Source: a virus
Taxonomy: Duplodnaviria; Heunggongvirae; Uroviricota; Caudoviricetes
Length of the DNA: 26,266 bases
Reading direction: 5' to 3' (one strand)
IMG/VR virus record: IMGVR_UViG_2563366988_000001
Below the pieces are notes generated by a model. The model did no database searches. It saw only the letters and a list, made by a program, of their open reading frames with translations, and was not told where the DNA came from. Below are positions 1 through 9,855 of the stretch, in pieces; positions within the stretch are counted from its first letter, which is position 1, and every line of letters starts with the position of its first letter. Made by a program: the position numbers and the translations under genes.

Positions 1-717
1 CTGGAGAAACAGGGCGTGGAAATCACGCTGATTTACAGCGGCAGCCATAAGGTGGATGGCAATCCTTACAGCCATCTTCCGGATGACGTCCGGGAGACAC
101 TGCAGTCCCGGATGGACGCAACCCGCCGGATGTTTGCGCAGAAGGTGTCGGCATATACCGGCCTGTCTGTGCAGGCTGTGCTGGATACCGAGGCTGCAGT
201 GTACAGCGGTCAGGAGGCCATTGATGCCGGACTGGCTGATGAACTTGTTAACAGCACCGATGCGATCACCGTCATGCGTGATGCACTGGATGCACATAAA
301 TCCCGTCTCTCAGGAGGGCGAATGACCAAAGAGACTCAATCAACAACTGTTTCAGCCACTGCTTCGCAGGCTGACGTTACTGAGGTGGTGCCAGCGACGG
401 AGGGCGAAAACGCCAGCGCGGCGCAGCCGGACGTGAACGCGCAGATCACTGCAGCGGTTGCGGCAGAAAACAGCCGCATTATGGGGATCCTCAACTGTGA
501 GGAGGCTCACGGACGCGAAGAACAGGCGCGCGTTCTGGCAGAAACCCCCGGTATGACCGTGGAAACGGCCCGCCGCATTCTGGCCGCAGCACCACAGAGT
601 GCACAGGCGCGCAGTGACACTGCGCTGGATCGTCTGATGCAGGGTGCACCGGCACCGCTGGCTGCAGGTAACCCGGCATCTGATGCCGTTAACGATTTGC
701 TGAACACACCAGTGTAA
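1..717 (+). CDS. C: Head maturation protease / scaffold, lambda C-like (5' partial, continues upstream of window)
   Basis: Open frame from base 1 to stop at 717; C-terminal 132 aa match lambda Nu3/C C-terminus from memory (MTKETQSTTVSATASQADVT...NDLLNTPV). Confidence 0.85.
   Translation: MEKQGVEITLIYSGSHKVDGNPYSHLPDDVRETLQSRMDATRRMFAQKVSAYTGLSVQAVLDTEAAVYSGQEAIDAGLADELVNSTDAITVMRDALDAHKSRLSGGRMTKETQSTTVSATASQADVTEVVPATEGENASAAQPDVNAQITAAVAAENSRIMGILNCEEAHGREEQARVLAETPGMTVETARRILAAAPQSAQARSDTALDRLMQGAPAPLAAGNPASDAVNDLLNTPV
322..717 (+). CDS. Nu3: Scaffolding protein Nu3 (in-frame internal start within C)
   Basis: ATG at 322 preceded by AGGAGG at 313-318; same frame as C, as in lambda. Confidence 0.75.
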   Translation: MTKETQSTTVSATASQADVTEVVPATEGENASAAQPDVNAQITAAVAAENSRIMGILNCEEAHGREEQARVLAETPGMTVETARRILAAAPQSAQARSDTALDRLMQGAPAPLAAGNPASDAVNDLLNTPV

Positions 718-726
718 GGGATGTTT

Positions 727-1059
727 ATGACGAGCAAAGAAACCTTTACCCATTACCAGCCGCTGGGCAACAGTGACCCGGCTCATACCGCAACCGCGCC
801 AGGCGGATTGAGTGCGAAAGCGCCTGCAATGACCCCGCTGATGCTGGACACCTCCACCCGTAAGCTGGTTGCGTGGGATGGCACCACCGACGGTGCTGCC
901 GTTGGCATTCTTGCTGTTGCTGCTGACCAGACCAGCACCACGCTGACGTTCTACAAGTCCGGCACGTTCCGTTATGAGGATGTGCTCTGGCCGGAGGCTG
1001 CCAGCGACGAGACGAAAAAACGGACCGCGTTTGCCGGAACGGCAATCAGCATCGTTTAA
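727..1059 (+). CDS. D: Head decoration protein D
   Basis: 110 aa, [27 protein letters not shown]... matches lambda gpD from memory; ATG at 727 (an upstream in-frame ATG at 721 is also possible). Confidence 0.93.
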   Translation: MTSKETFTHYQPLGNSDPAHTATAPGGLSAKAPAMTPLMLDTSTRKLVAWDGTTDGAAVGILAVAADQTSTTLTFYKSGTFRYEDVLWPEAASDETKKRTAFAGTAISIV

Positions 1060-1079
1060 CCTTACCCTTCATCACTAAA

Positions 1080-1101
1080 GGCCGCCTGTGCGGCTTTTTT
1101 T
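1080..1101 (+). terminator. Short GC hairpin (GCCGC-ctgt-GCGGC) plus T7 run between D and E; putative attenuator
   Basis: Read directly from sequence; weak 5-bp stem followed by TTTTTTT. Confidence 0.35.
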
Positions 1102-1114
1102 ACGGGATTTTTTT

Positions 1115-2140
1115 ATGTCGATGTACACAACCGCCCAGCTGCTGGCGGCAAATGAGCAGAAATTTAAGTTTGATCCGCTGTTTCTGCGTCTCTTTTTCCG
1201 TGAGAGCTATCCCTTCACCACGGAGAAAGTCTATCTCTCACAAATTCCGGGGCTGGTAAACATGGCGCTGTACGTTTCGCCGATTGTTTCCGGTGAGGTT
1301 ATCCGCTCCCGTGGCGGCTCCACCTCTGAATTTACGCCGGGATATGTCAAGCCGAAGCATGAGGTGAATCCGCAGATGACCCTGCGTCGCCTGCCGGATG
1401 AAGATCCGCAGAATCTGGCGGACCCGGCTTACCGCCGCCGTCGCATCATTATGCAGAACATGCGTGACGAAGAGCTGGCCATTGCCCAGGTCGAAGAGAT
1501 GCAGGCAGTTTCTGCCGTGCTTAAGGGCAAATACACCATGACCGGTGAAGCTTTCGATCCGGTTGAGGTGGATATGGGCCGCAGTGCGGCCAACAACATC
1601 ACGCAGTCCGGCGGCACGGAGTGGAGCAAGCGTGACAAGTCCACGTATGACCCGACCGACGATATCGAAGCCTACGCGCTGAACGCCAGCGGAGTGGTGA
1701 ATATCATCGTGTTTGATCCGAAAGGCTGGGCGCTGTTCCGTTCCTTCAAAGCCGTCAAGGAGAAGCTGGATACTCGTCGCGGCTCTCATTCCGAGCTGGA
1801 GACAGCGGTGAAAGACCTGGGCAAAGCGGTGTCCTACAAGGGGATGTATGGCGATGTGGCCATCGTCGTGTATTCCGGACAGTACGTGGAAAACGGCGTC
1901 AAAAAGAACTTCCTGCCGGACAACACGATGGTGCTGGGGAACACTCAGGCACGCGGTCTGCGCACCTATGGCTGCATTCAGGATGCGGACGCACAGCGCG
2001 AAGGCATTAACGCCTCTGCCCGTTACCCGAAAAACTGGGTGACCACCGGCGATCCGGCGCGTGAGTTCACCATGATTCAGTCAGCACCGCTGATGCTGCT
2101 GGCTGATCCTGATGAGTTCGTGTCTGTACAACTGGCGTAA
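1115..2140 (+). CDS. E: Major capsid protein E
   Basis: 341 aa starting MSMYTTAQLLAANEQKFKFDPLFLRLFF, matches lambda gpE; the ORF-track start at 1088 is an upstream extension. Confidence 0.95.
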   Translation: MSMYTTAQLLAANEQKFKFDPLFLRLFFRESYPFTTEKVYLSQIPGLVNMALYVSPIVSGEVIRSRGGSTSEFTPGYVKPKHEVNPQMTLRRLPDEDPQNLADPAYRRRRIIMQNMRDEELAIAQVEEMQAVSAVLKGKYTMTGEAFDPVEVDMGRSAANNITQSGGTEWSKRDKSTYDPTDDIEAYALNASGVVNIIVFDPKGWALFRSFKAVKEKLDTRRGSHSELETAVKDLGKAVSYKGMYGDVAIVVYSGQYVENGVKKNFLPDNTMVLGNTQARGLRTYGCIQDADAQREGINASARYPKNWVTTGDPAREFTMIQSAPLMLLADPDEFVSVQLA

Positions 2141-2142
2141 TC

Positions 2143-2169
2143 ATGGCCCTTCGGGGCCATTTTCTCTCT
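2143..2169 (+). terminator. Intrinsic terminator-like hairpin after E (ATGGCCC-ttcg-GGGCCAT then TTTCTCTCT)
   Basis: 7-bp GC-rich stem with tetraloop and a T-rich tail, immediately after the E stop codon. Confidence 0.5.
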
Positions 2170-2181
2170 GTGGAGGAGTTC

Positions 2182-2580
2182 ATGACGAAAGATGAACTGA
2201 TTGCCCGTCTTCAGGAGCTGGGTGAGCAACTGAACCGTGATGTCAGCCTGACGGGGACGAAAGAAGAACTGGCGCTTCGTGTGGCAGAGCTGGAAGAAGA
2301 GCTTGATGACACGGATGAAACTGCCGGTCAGGACACCCCTCTCAGCCGGGAAAATGTGCTGACCGGGCATGAAAATGAGGTGGTATCAGCGCAGCCGGAT
2401 ACCGTGATTCAGGATACGGCTGAACTGGTCACGGTTGTGGCACTGGTGACGCTGCATACTGATGCACTTCACGCCACGCGGGATGAACCTGTGGCATTTG
2501 TGCTGCCGGGAACGGCGTTCCGTGTCTCTGCCGGTGTGGCAGCTGAAATGACAGAGCGCGGCCTGGCCAGAATGCAATAA
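2182..2580 (+). CDS. FI: DNA packaging / head completion protein FI
   Basis: 132 aa MTKDELIARLQELGEQLNRDVSLTGTKEELALRVAEL... matches lambda gpFI; GGAGG RBS at 2173-2177. Confidence 0.92.
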   Translation: MTKDELIARLQELGEQLNRDVSLTGTKEELALRVAELEEELDDTDETAGQDTPLSRENVLTGHENEVVSAQPDTVIQDTAELVTVVALVTLHTDALHATRDEPVAFVLPGTAFRVSAGVAAEMTERGLARMQ

Positions 2581-2591
2581 CGGGAGGCGCT

Positions 2592-2945
2592 GTGGCTGAT
2601 TTCGATAACCTGTTCGATGCTGCCATTGCCCGCGCCGATGAAACGATACGCGGGTACATGGGAACGTCAGCCACCATGACATCCGGTGAGCAGTCCGGTG
2701 CTGTGATACGTGGTGTTTTTGATGACCCTGAAAATATCAGCTATGCCGGACAGGGCGTGCGCGTTGAAGGCTCCAGCCCGTCCCTGTTTGTCCGGACTGA
2801 TGATGTGCGGCAGCTGCGGCGCGGCGACACGCTGACCATCGGTGAGGAAAACTTCTGGATAGACCGGATTTCGCCGGATGATGGCGGAAGCTGTCATCTC
2901 TGGCTTGGGCGGGGCGTACCGCCTGCCGTTAACCGTCGCCGCTGA
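2592..2945 (+). CDS. FII: Head-tail joining protein FII
   Basis: 117 aa MADFDNLFDAAIARADETIRGYMGTSAT... near-identical to lambda gpFII; GTG start with GGGAGG RBS. Confidence 0.93.
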   Translation: MADFDNLFDAAIARADETIRGYMGTSATMTSGEQSGAVIRGVFDDPENISYAGQGVRVEGSSPSLFVRTDDVRQLRRGDTLTIGEENFWIDRISPDDGGSCHLWLGRGVPPAVNRRR

Positions 2946-2956
2946 AAGGGGGATGT

Positions 2957-3535
2957 ATGGCCATAAAAGGTCTTGAGCAGGCCGTTGAAAACCTCAGCCG
3001 TATCAGCAGAACGGCGGTGCCCGGTGCCGCCGCAATGGCCATTAACCGCGTTGCTTCATCCGCGATATCGCAGTCGGCGTCACAGGTTGCCCGTGAGACA
3101 AAGGTACGCCGGAAACTGGTAAAGGAAAGGGCCAGGCTGAAAAGGGCCACGGTCAAAAATCCGCAGGCCAGAATCAAGGTTAACCGGGGGGATTTGCCCG
3201 TAATCAGGCTGGGTAACGCGCGGGTTGTCCTGTCCCGACGCAGGCGTCGTAAAAAGGGGCAGCGTTCATCCCTGAAAGGTGGCGGCAGCGTGCTTGTGGT
3301 GGGAAACCGTCGTATTCCCGGCGCGTTTATTCAGCAACTGAAAAATGGCCGGTGGCATGTCATGCAGCGTGTGGCCGGGAAAAACCGTTACCCCATTGAT
3401 GTGGTGAAAATCCCGATGGCGGTGCCGCTGACCACGGCGTTTAAACAGAATATTGAGCGGATACGGCGTGAGCGTCTTCCGAAAGAGCTGGGCTATGCGC
3501 TGCAGCATCAACTGAGAATGGTAATAAAGCGATGA
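2957..3535 (+). CDS. Z: Minor tail protein Z
   Basis: 192 aa, matches lambda gpZ in length and sequence (MAIKGLEQAVENLSRISRTAVPGAAAMAINRV...). Confidence 0.93.
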   Translation: MAIKGLEQAVENLSRISRTAVPGAAAMAINRVASSAISQSASQVARETKVRRKLVKERARLKRATVKNPQARIKVNRGDLPVIRLGNARVVLSRRRRRKKGQRSSLKGGGSVLVVGNRRIPGAFIQQLKNGRWHVMQRVAGKNRYPIDVVKIPMAVPLTTAFKQNIERIRRERLPKELGYALQHQLRMVIKR

Positions 3536-3927
3536 AACATACTGAACTCCGTGCAGCCGTACTGGATGCACTGGAGAAGCATGACACCGGGGCGACGCTT
3601 TTTGATGGTCGCCCTGCTGTTTTTGATGAGGAAGATTTTCCGGCAATTGCCGTTTATCTCACCGGCGCTGAATACACGGGCGAAGAGCTGGACAGCGATA
3701 CCTGGCAGGCGGAGCTGCATATTGAAGTTTTCCTGCCTGCTCAGGTGCCGGATTCAGAGCTGGATTCGTGGATGGAGTCCCGGATTTATCCGGTGATGAG
3801 CGATATCCCGGCACTGTCAGATTTGATCACCAGTATGGTGGCCAGTGGCTATGACTACCGGCGCGACGATGATGCGGGCCTGTGGAGTTCAGCCGATCTG
3901 ACTTATGTCATTACCTATGAAATGTGA
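3532..3927 (+). CDS. U: Tail terminator protein U
   Basis: 131 aa [50 protein letters not shown]... matches lambda gpU; ATGA start/stop overlap with Z. Confidence 0.93.
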   Translation: MKHTELRAAVLDALEKHDTGATLFDGRPAVFDEEDFPAIAVYLTGAEYTGEELDSDTWQAELHIEVFLPAQVPDSELDSWMESRIYPVMSDIPALSDLITSMVASGYDYRRDDDAGLWSSADLTYVITYEM

Positions 3928-3934
3928 GGACGAT

Positions 3935-4675
3935 ATGCCAACACCAAATCCTCTGGCACCGGTGAAAGGGGCCGGGACCACACTGTGGGTTTATAACGGG
4001 AGCGGCGACCCTTATGCAAACCCGCTTTCAGACAATGACTGGTCGCGTCTGGCAAAGGTTAAAGACCTGACGCCCGGCGAACTGACCGCTGAGTCCTATG
4101 ACGACAGTTATCTCGATGATGAAGATGCGGACTGGACCGCGACCGGACAGGGGCAGAAATCTGCCGGAGATACCAGCTTCACGCTGGCGTGGATGCCCGG
4201 AGAGCAGGGGCAGCAGGCGCTGCTGGCGTGGTTTAATGAAGGTGATACCCGTGCCTATAAAATCCGCTTCCCGAACGGCACGATCGATGTGTTCCGCGGC
4301 TGGGTCAGCAGTATCGGTAAGGCGGTGACGGCGAAGGAAGTGATCACCCGCACGGTGAAAGTCACCAATGTGGGACGTCCGTCGATGGCAGAAGATCGCA
4401 GCACGGTAACAGCGGCAACCGGCATGACCGTGACGCCTGCCAGCACCTCGGTGGTGAAAGGGAAGAGCACGACGCTGACCGTGGCATTCCAGCCGGAAGG
4501 CGCAACCGACAAGAGCTTCCGTGCGGTGTCTGCGGATAAAACAAAAGCCACCGTGTCGGTCAGTGGTATGACCATCACCGTGAAAGGTGTTGCTGCAGGC
4601 AAGGTCAACATTCCGGTCGTATCCGGTAATGGTGAACTTGCTGCGGTTGCAGAAATCAACGTCACCGCCAGTTAA
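3935..4675 (+). CDS. V: Major tail tube protein V (with C-terminal Ig-like domain)
   Basis: 246 aa starting [31 protein letters not shown], matches lambda gpV; GAGGA RBS at 3926-3930. The ORF-track start at 3905 is an upstream extension. Confidence 0.93.
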   Translation: MPTPNPLAPVKGAGTTLWVYNGSGDPYANPLSDNDWSRLAKVKDLTPGELTAESYDDSYLDDEDADWTATGQGQKSAGDTSFTLAWMPGEQGQQALLAWFNEGDTRAYKIRFPNGTIDVFRGWVSSIGKAVTAKEVITRTVKVTNVGRPSMAEDRSTVTAATGMTVTPASTSVVKGKSTTLTVAFQPEGATDKSFRAVSADKTKATVSVSGMTITVKGVAAGKVNIPVVSGNGELAAVAEINVTAS

Positions 4676-4690
4676 TCCGGAGAGTCAGCG

Positions 4691-5113
4691 ATGTTCCTGA
4701 AAACCGAATCATTTGAACATAACGGTGTGACCGTCACGCTTTCTGAACTGTCAGCCCTGCAGCGTATTGAGCATCTCGCCCTGATGAAACGGCAGGCAGA
4801 ACAGGCGGAGTCAGACAGCAACCGGAAGTTTACTGTGGAAGACGCCATCAGAACCGGTGCTTTTGTGGTGGCGATGTCCCTGTGGCATAACCATCCGCAG
4901 AAGACAAAGCTGCCTTCCATGAATGAAGCCGTTAAACAGATTGAGCAGGAAGTGCTTACCACCTGGCCCACGGAGGCAATTTCTCATGCTGAAAACGTGG
5001 TGTACCGGCTGTCCGGTATGTATGAGTTTGTGGTGAATGATGCCCCTGAACAGGCAGAGGACTCCGGGCCTGCAGAGCCTGTTTCTGCGGGAAAGCGTTC
5101 GACGGTGAGCTGA
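4691..5113 (+). CDS. G: Tail assembly chaperone G
   Basis: 140 aa MFLKTESFEHNGVTVTLSELSALQRIEHLALMKRQAEQ... matches lambda gpG. Confidence 0.93.
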   Translation: MFLKTESFEHNGVTVTLSELSALQRIEHLALMKRQAEQAESDSNRKFTVEDAIRTGAFVVAMSLWHNHPQKTKLPSMNEAVKQIEQEVLTTWPTEAISHAENVVYRLSGMYEFVVNDAPEQAEDSGPAEPVSAGKRSTVS

Positions 5114-5529
5114 GTTTTGCCCTGAAACTGGCGCGTGAGATGGGGCGACCCGACTGGCGTGCCATGCTTGCCGGGATGTCATCCACGGAGTATGCCGACT
5201 GGCACCGCTTTTACAGTACCCATTATTTTCATGATGTTCTGCTGGATATGCACTTTTCCGGGCTGACGTACACCGTGCTCAGCCTGTTTTTCAGCGATCC
5301 GGATATGCATCCGCTGGATTTCAGTCTGCTGAACCGGCGCGAGGCTGACGAAGAGCCTGAAGATGATGTGCTGATGCAGAAAGCGGCAGGGCTTGCCGGA
5401 GGTGTCCGCTTTGGCCCGGACGGGAATGAAGTTATCCCTACTTCCACGGATGTGGCGGACATGACGGAGGATGACGTAATGCTGATGACAGTATCAGAAG
5501 GGATCGCAGGAGGAGTCCGGTATGGCTGA
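4691..5529 (+). CDS. G-T: Tail assembly chaperone G-T fusion made by programmed -1 ribosomal frameshift
   Basis: Slippery heptamer G GGA AAG at 5089-5095 in the G frame; the -1 frame is open from there to the stop at 5527-5529 and encodes lambda gpT-like sequence (ORF 5140..5529). Confidence 0.85.
5089..5095 (+). promoter_or_regulatory. -1 frameshift slippery site GGGAAAG (G to G-T)
   Basis: Heptamer positioned X XXY YYZ relative to the G reading frame; conserved mechanism in lambda-like tail chaperone genes. Confidence 0.85.
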
Positions 5530-8083
5530 ACCGGTAGGCGATCTGGTCGTTGATTTGAGTCTGGATGCGGCCAGATTTGACGAGCAGATGGCCAGAGTCA
5601 GGCGTCATTTTTCCGGTACGGAAAGTGATGCGAAAAAAACAGCGGCAGTCGTTGAACAGTCGCTGAGCCGACAGGCGCTGGCTGCACAGAAAGCGGGGAT
5701 TTCCGTTGGGCAGTATAAAGCTGCCATGCGTATGCTGCCTGCGCAGTTCACTGACGTGGCCACGCAGCTTGCAGGCGGGCAAAGTCCGTGGCTGATCCTG
5801 CTGCAACAGGGTGGTCAGGTGAAGGACTCCTTCGGCGGGATGATCCCCATGTTCAGGGGGCTTGCCGGTGCGCTCACCCTGCCGATGGTCGGGGCCACCT
5901 CGCTGGCGGTGGCGACCGGTGCGCTGGCGTATGCCTGGTATCAGGGCAACTCAACCCTGTCCGATTTCAACAAAACGCTGGTCCTTTCCGGCAATCAGTC
6001 GGGGCTGACGGCAGATCGCATGCTGGTCCTGTCCAGAGCCGGGCAGGCGGCAGGGCTGACGTTTGACCAGACCAGCGAGTCACTCAGCGCACTGGTTAAG
6101 GCGGGGGTAAGCGGTGAGGCTCAGATTGCGTCCATCAGCCAGAGTGTGGCGCGTTTCTCCTCTGCATCCAGCGTGGAGGTGGACAAGGTCGCTGAAGCCT
6201 TCGGGAAGCTGACCACAGACCCGACGTCGGGGCTGACGGCGATGGCACGCCAGTTCCATAACGTGACGGCGGAGCAGATTGCGTATGTTGCTCAGTTGCA
6301 GCGTTCCGGCGATGAAGCCGGGGCATTGCAGGCGGCGAACGAGGCCGCAACGAAAGGGTTTGATGACCAGACCCGCCGCCTGAAAGAGAACATGGGCACG
6401 CTGGAGACCTGGGCAGACAGGACTGCGCGGGCATTCAAATCCATGTGGGATGCGGTGCTGGATATTGGTCGTCCTGATACCGCGCAGGAGATGCTGATTA
6501 AGGCAGAGGCTGCGTTTAAGAAAGCAGACGACATCTGGAATCTGCGCAAGGATGATTATTTTGTTAACGATGAAGCGCGGGCGCGTTACTGGGATGACCG
6601 TGAAAAGGCCCGTCTTGCGCTTGAAGCCGCCCGAAAGAAGGCTGAGCAGCAGACTCAACAGGACAAAAATGCGCAGCAGCAGAGCGATACCGAAGCGTCA
6701 CGGCTGAAATATACCGAAGAGGCGCAGAAGGCTTACGAACGGCTGCAGACGCCGCTGGAGAAATATACCGCCCGTCAGGAAGAACTGAACAAGGCACTGA
6801 AAGACGGGAAAATCCTGCAGGCGGATTACAACACGCTGATGGCGGCGGCGAAAAAGGATTATGAAGCGACGCTGAAAAAGCCGAAACAGTCCGGCGTGAA
6901 GGTGTCTGCGGGCGATCGTCAGGAAGACAGTGCTCATGCTGCTCTGCTGACGCTTCAGGCAGAACTCCGGACGCTGGAGAAGCATGCCGGAGCAAATGAG
7001 AAAATCAGCCAGCAGCGCCGGGATTTGTGGAAGGCGGAGAGTCAGTTCGCGGTACTGGAGGAGGCGGCGCAACGTCGCCAGCTGTCTGCACAGGAGAAAT
7101 CCCTGCTGGCGCATAAAGATGAGACGCTGGAGTACAAACGCCAGCTGGCTGCGCTTGGCGACAAGGTTACGTATCAGGAGCGCCTGAACGCGCTGGCGCA
7201 GCAGGCGGATAAATTCGCACAGCAGCAACGGGCAAAACGGGCCGCCATTGATGCGAAAAGCCGGGGGCTGACTGACCGGCAGGCAGAACGGGAAGCCACG
7301 GAACAGCGCCTGAAGGAACAGTATGGCGATAATCCGCTGGCGCTGAATAACGTCATGTCAGAGCAGAAAAAGACCTGGGCGGCTGAAGACCAGCTTCGCG
7401 GGAACTGGATGGCAGGCCTGAAGTCCGGCTGGAGTGAGTGGGAAGAGAGCGCCACGGACAGTATGTCGCAGGTAAAAAGTGCAGCCACGCAGACCTTTGA
7501 TGGTATTGCACAGAATATGGCGGCGATGCTGACCGGCAGTGAGCAGAACTGGCGCAGCTTCACCCGTTCCGTGCTGTCCATGATGACAGAAATTCTGCTT
7601 AAGCAGGCAATGGTGGGGATTGTCGGGAGTATCGGCAGCGCCATTGGCGGGGCTGTTGGTGGCGGCGCATCCGCGTCAGGCGGTACAGCCATTCAGGCCG
7701 CTGCGGCGAAATTCCATTTTGCAACCGGAGGATTTACGGGAACCGGCGGCAAATATGAGCCAGCGGGGATTGTTCACCGTGGTGAGTTTGTCTTCACGAA
7801 GGAGGCAACCAGCCGGATTGGCGTGGGGAATCTTTACCGGCTGATGCGCGGCTATGCCACCGGCGGTTATGTCGGTACACCGGGCAGCATGGCAGACAGC
7901 CGGTCGCAGGCGTCCGGGACGTTTGAGCAGAATAACCATGTGGTGATTAACAACGACGGCACGAACGGGCAGATAGGTCCGGCCGCTCTGAAGGCGGTGT
8001 ATGACATGGCCCGCAAGGGTGCCCGTGATGAAATTCAGACACAGATGCGTGATGGTGGCCTGTTCTCCGGAGGTGGACGATGA
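5522..8083 (+). CDS. H: Tail tape measure protein H
   Basis: 853 aa, same length as lambda gpH; coiled-coil-rich central region; start overlaps the T stop. Confidence 0.95.
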   Translation: MAEPVGDLVVDLSLDAARFDEQMARVRRHFSGTESDAKKTAAVVEQSLSRQALAAQKAGISVGQYKAAMRMLPAQFTDVATQLAGGQSPWLILLQQGGQVKDSFGGMIPMFRGLAGALTLPMVGATSLAVATGALAYAWYQGNSTLSDFNKTLVLSGNQSGLTADRMLVLSRAGQAAGLTFDQTSESLSALVKAGVSGEAQIASISQSVARFSSASSVEVDKVAEAFGKLTTDPTSGLTAMARQFHNVTAEQIAYVAQLQRSGDEAGALQAANEAATKGFDDQTRRLKENMGTLETWADRTARAFKSMWDAVLDIGRPDTAQEMLIKAEAAFKKADDIWNLRKDDYFVNDEARARYWDDREKARLALEAARKKAEQQTQQDKNAQQQSDTEASRLKYTEEAQKAYERLQTPLEKYTARQEELNKALKDGKILQADYNTLMAAAKKDYEATLKKPKQSGVKVSAGDRQEDSAHAALLTLQAELRTLEKHAGANEKISQQRRDLWKAESQFAVLEEAAQRRQLSAQEKSLLAHKDETLEYKRQLAALGDKVTYQERLNALAQQADKFAQQQRAKRAAIDAKSRGLTDRQAEREATEQRLKEQYGDNPLALNNVMSEQKKTWAAEDQLRGNWMAGLKSGWSEWEESATDSMSQVKSAATQTFDGIAQNMAAMLTGSEQNWRSFTRSVLSMMTEILLKQAMVGIVGSIGSAIGGAVGGGASASGGTAIQAAAAKFHFATGGFTGTGGKYEPAGIVHRGEFVFTKEATSRIGVGNLYRLMRGYATGGYVGTPGSMADSRSQASGTFEQNNHVVINNDGTNGQIGPAALKAVYDMARKGARDEIQTQMRDGGLFSGGGR

Positions 8084-8409
8084 AGACCTTCCGCTGGAAA
8101 GTGAAACCCGGTATGGATGTGACATCGGCTCCTTCCGTCAGGGAGGTGCGCTTTGGTGATGGCTATTCCCAGCGTGCGCCTGCCGGGCTGAACGCTGACC
8201 TGAAAACGTACAGCGTGACGCTGTCTGTCTCCCGTGAGGAGGCCACGGCGCTGGAGTCGTTTCTGGCTGAGCACGGGGGCTGGAAGGCCTTTCTGTGGAC
8301 GCCGCCTTATGGTTACAGGCAGATAAAGGTGACCTGCGCAAAATGGTCGTCGCAGGTCAGTATGTTGCGTGTTGAGTTCAGCGCAGAGTTTAAACAGGTG
8401 GTGAACTGA
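8080..8409 (+). CDS. M: Minor tail protein M
   Basis: 109 aa MKTFRWKVKPGMDVTSAPSVREVRFGDGYSQRAPAGLNADLKTYSVTL... matches lambda gpM; ATGA overlap with H. Confidence 0.93.
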   Translation: MKTFRWKVKPGMDVTSAPSVREVRFGDGYSQRAPAGLNADLKTYSVTLSVSREEATALESFLAEHGGWKAFLWTPPYGYRQIKVTCAKWSSQVSMLRVEFSAEFKQVVN

Positions 8410-9107
8410 TGCAGGATATCCGGCAGGAAACACTGAATGAATGCACCCGTGCGGAGCAGTCGGCCAGCGTGGTGCTCTGGGAAATCGATCTGACAGAGGT
8501 TGGTGGAGAACGTTATTTTTTCTGTAATGAGCAGAACGAAAAAGGTGAGCCGGTCACCTGGCAGGGGCGGCAGTATCAGGCGTATCCCATTCAGGGGAGT
8601 GGTTTTGAACTGAATGGCAAAGGCACCAGTACGCGCCCCACGCTGACGGTTTCTAACCTGTACGGCATGGTCACCGGGATGGCGGAAGATCTGCAGAGTC
8701 TGGTCGGCGGAACGGTGGTCAGGCGTAAGGTTTACGCCCGTTTTCTGGATGCGGTGAACTTCGTCAACGGAAACAGAGACGCCGATTCGGAGCAGGAGGT
8801 GATCAGCCGCTGGCGCATTGAGCAGTGCAGCGAACTGAGCGCGGTCAGTGCCTCCTTTGTACTGTCCACGCCGACGGAAACGGACGGCGCTGTTTTTCCG
8901 GGACGTATCATGCTGGCCAACACCTGCACCTGGACCTATCGCGGCGATGAGTGCGGTTATCACGGTCCGGCGGTCGCGGATGAATATGACCAGCCAACGT
9001 CCGATATCACGAAGGATAAATGCAGCAAATGCCTGAGCGGTTGTAAGTTCCGCAATAACGTCGGCAACTTTGGCGGCTTCCTTTCCATTAACAAACTTTC
9101 GCAGTAA
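8409..9107 (+). CDS. L: Minor tail protein L
   Basis: 232 aa, matches lambda gpL (MQDIRQETLNECTRAEQSASVVLWEIDLTEVGGERYFFCNE...); cysteine cluster near the C-terminus. Confidence 0.93.
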   Translation: MQDIRQETLNECTRAEQSASVVLWEIDLTEVGGERYFFCNEQNEKGEPVTWQGRQYQAYPIQGSGFELNGKGTSTRPTLTVSNLYGMVTGMAEDLQSLVGGTVVRRKVYARFLDAVNFVNGNRDADSEQEVISRWRIEQCSELSAVSASFVLSTPTETDGAVFPGRIMLANTCTWTYRGDECGYHGPAVADEYDQPTSDITKDKCSKCLSGCKFRNNVGNFGGFLSINKLSQ

Positions 9108-9111
9108 TCCC

Positions 9112-9855
9112 ATGACAGAGACAGAATCAGCGATTCTGGCGCACGCCCGGCGATGTGCGCCAGCGGAGTCGTGCGGCTTCGTGGTAAGCACGCCGGAGGG
9201 GGAAAGATATTTCCCCTGCGTGAATATCTCCGGTGAGCCGGAGGATTATTTCCGGATGGCTCCGGAGGACTGGCTGCAGGCAGAAATGCAGGGTGAGATT
9301 GTGGCGCTGGTCCACAGCCACCCCGGTGGTCTGCCCTGGCTGAGTGAGGCTGACCGGCGGCTGCAGGTGCAGAGTGATTTGCCGTGGTTGCTGGTCTGCC
9401 GGGGGGCGATTCATAAGTTCCGCTGTGTGCCGCATCTCACCGGGCGGCGCTTTGAGCACGGGGTGACGGACTGTTACACGCTGTTCCGGGATGCTTATCA
9501 TCTGGCGGGGATTGAGATGCCGGATTTTCATCGCGAGGATGACTGGTGGCGTCACGGTCAGAATCTCTATCTGGATAATCTGGAGGCCACAGGGCTGTAT
9601 CAGGTGCCGTTGTCATCAGCACAACCGGGCGATGTGCTGCTGTGCTGTTTTGGTTCATCGGTGCCGAATCATGCCGCCATTTACTGTGGTGATGGCGAGC
9701 TGCTGCACCATATTCCTGAACAACTGAGCAAACGAGAGAGGTATACCGACAAATGGCAGCGACGCACACACTCCCTCTGGCGTCACCGGGCATGGCGCGC
9801 ATCTGCCTTTACGGGGATTTACAACGATTTGGTCGCCGCATCGACCTTCGTGTGA
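9112..9855 (+). CDS. K: Tail assembly protein K (MPN/JAMM plus NlpC/P60-like domains)
   Basis: ATG at 9112 directly after the L stop; JAMM-type motif HSHPGG...SEAD present. The last 199 codons (from ATG 9256) equal the classical lambda K annotation; the longer start is my inference. Confidence 0.8.
   Translation: MTETESAILAHARRCAPAESCGFVVSTPEGERYFPCVNISGEPEDYFRMAPEDWLQAEMQGEIVALVHSHPGGLPWLSEADRRLQVQSDLPWLLVCRGAIHKFRCVPHLTGRRFEHGVTDCYTLFRDAYHLAGIEMPDFHREDDWWRHGQNLYLDNLEATGLYQVPLSSAQPGDVLLCCFGSSVPNHAAIYCGDGELLHHIPEQLSKRERYTDKWQRRTHSLWRHRAWRASAFTGIYNDLVAASTFV

Noticed and set aside
352-786. 144-aa minus-strand ORF overlapping C/Nu3/D
   Set aside because: Antisense to conserved head genes; no start context.
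6080-7692. Several 140-190 aa minus-strand ORFs inside H
   Set aside because: Antisense to the tape-measure gene, no homology, composition artefacts.
9256-9855. Classical 199-codon start for K
   Set aside because: Kept as an alternative, but the frame is open and motif-bearing from 9112 directly after the L stop, so the longer form was reported.
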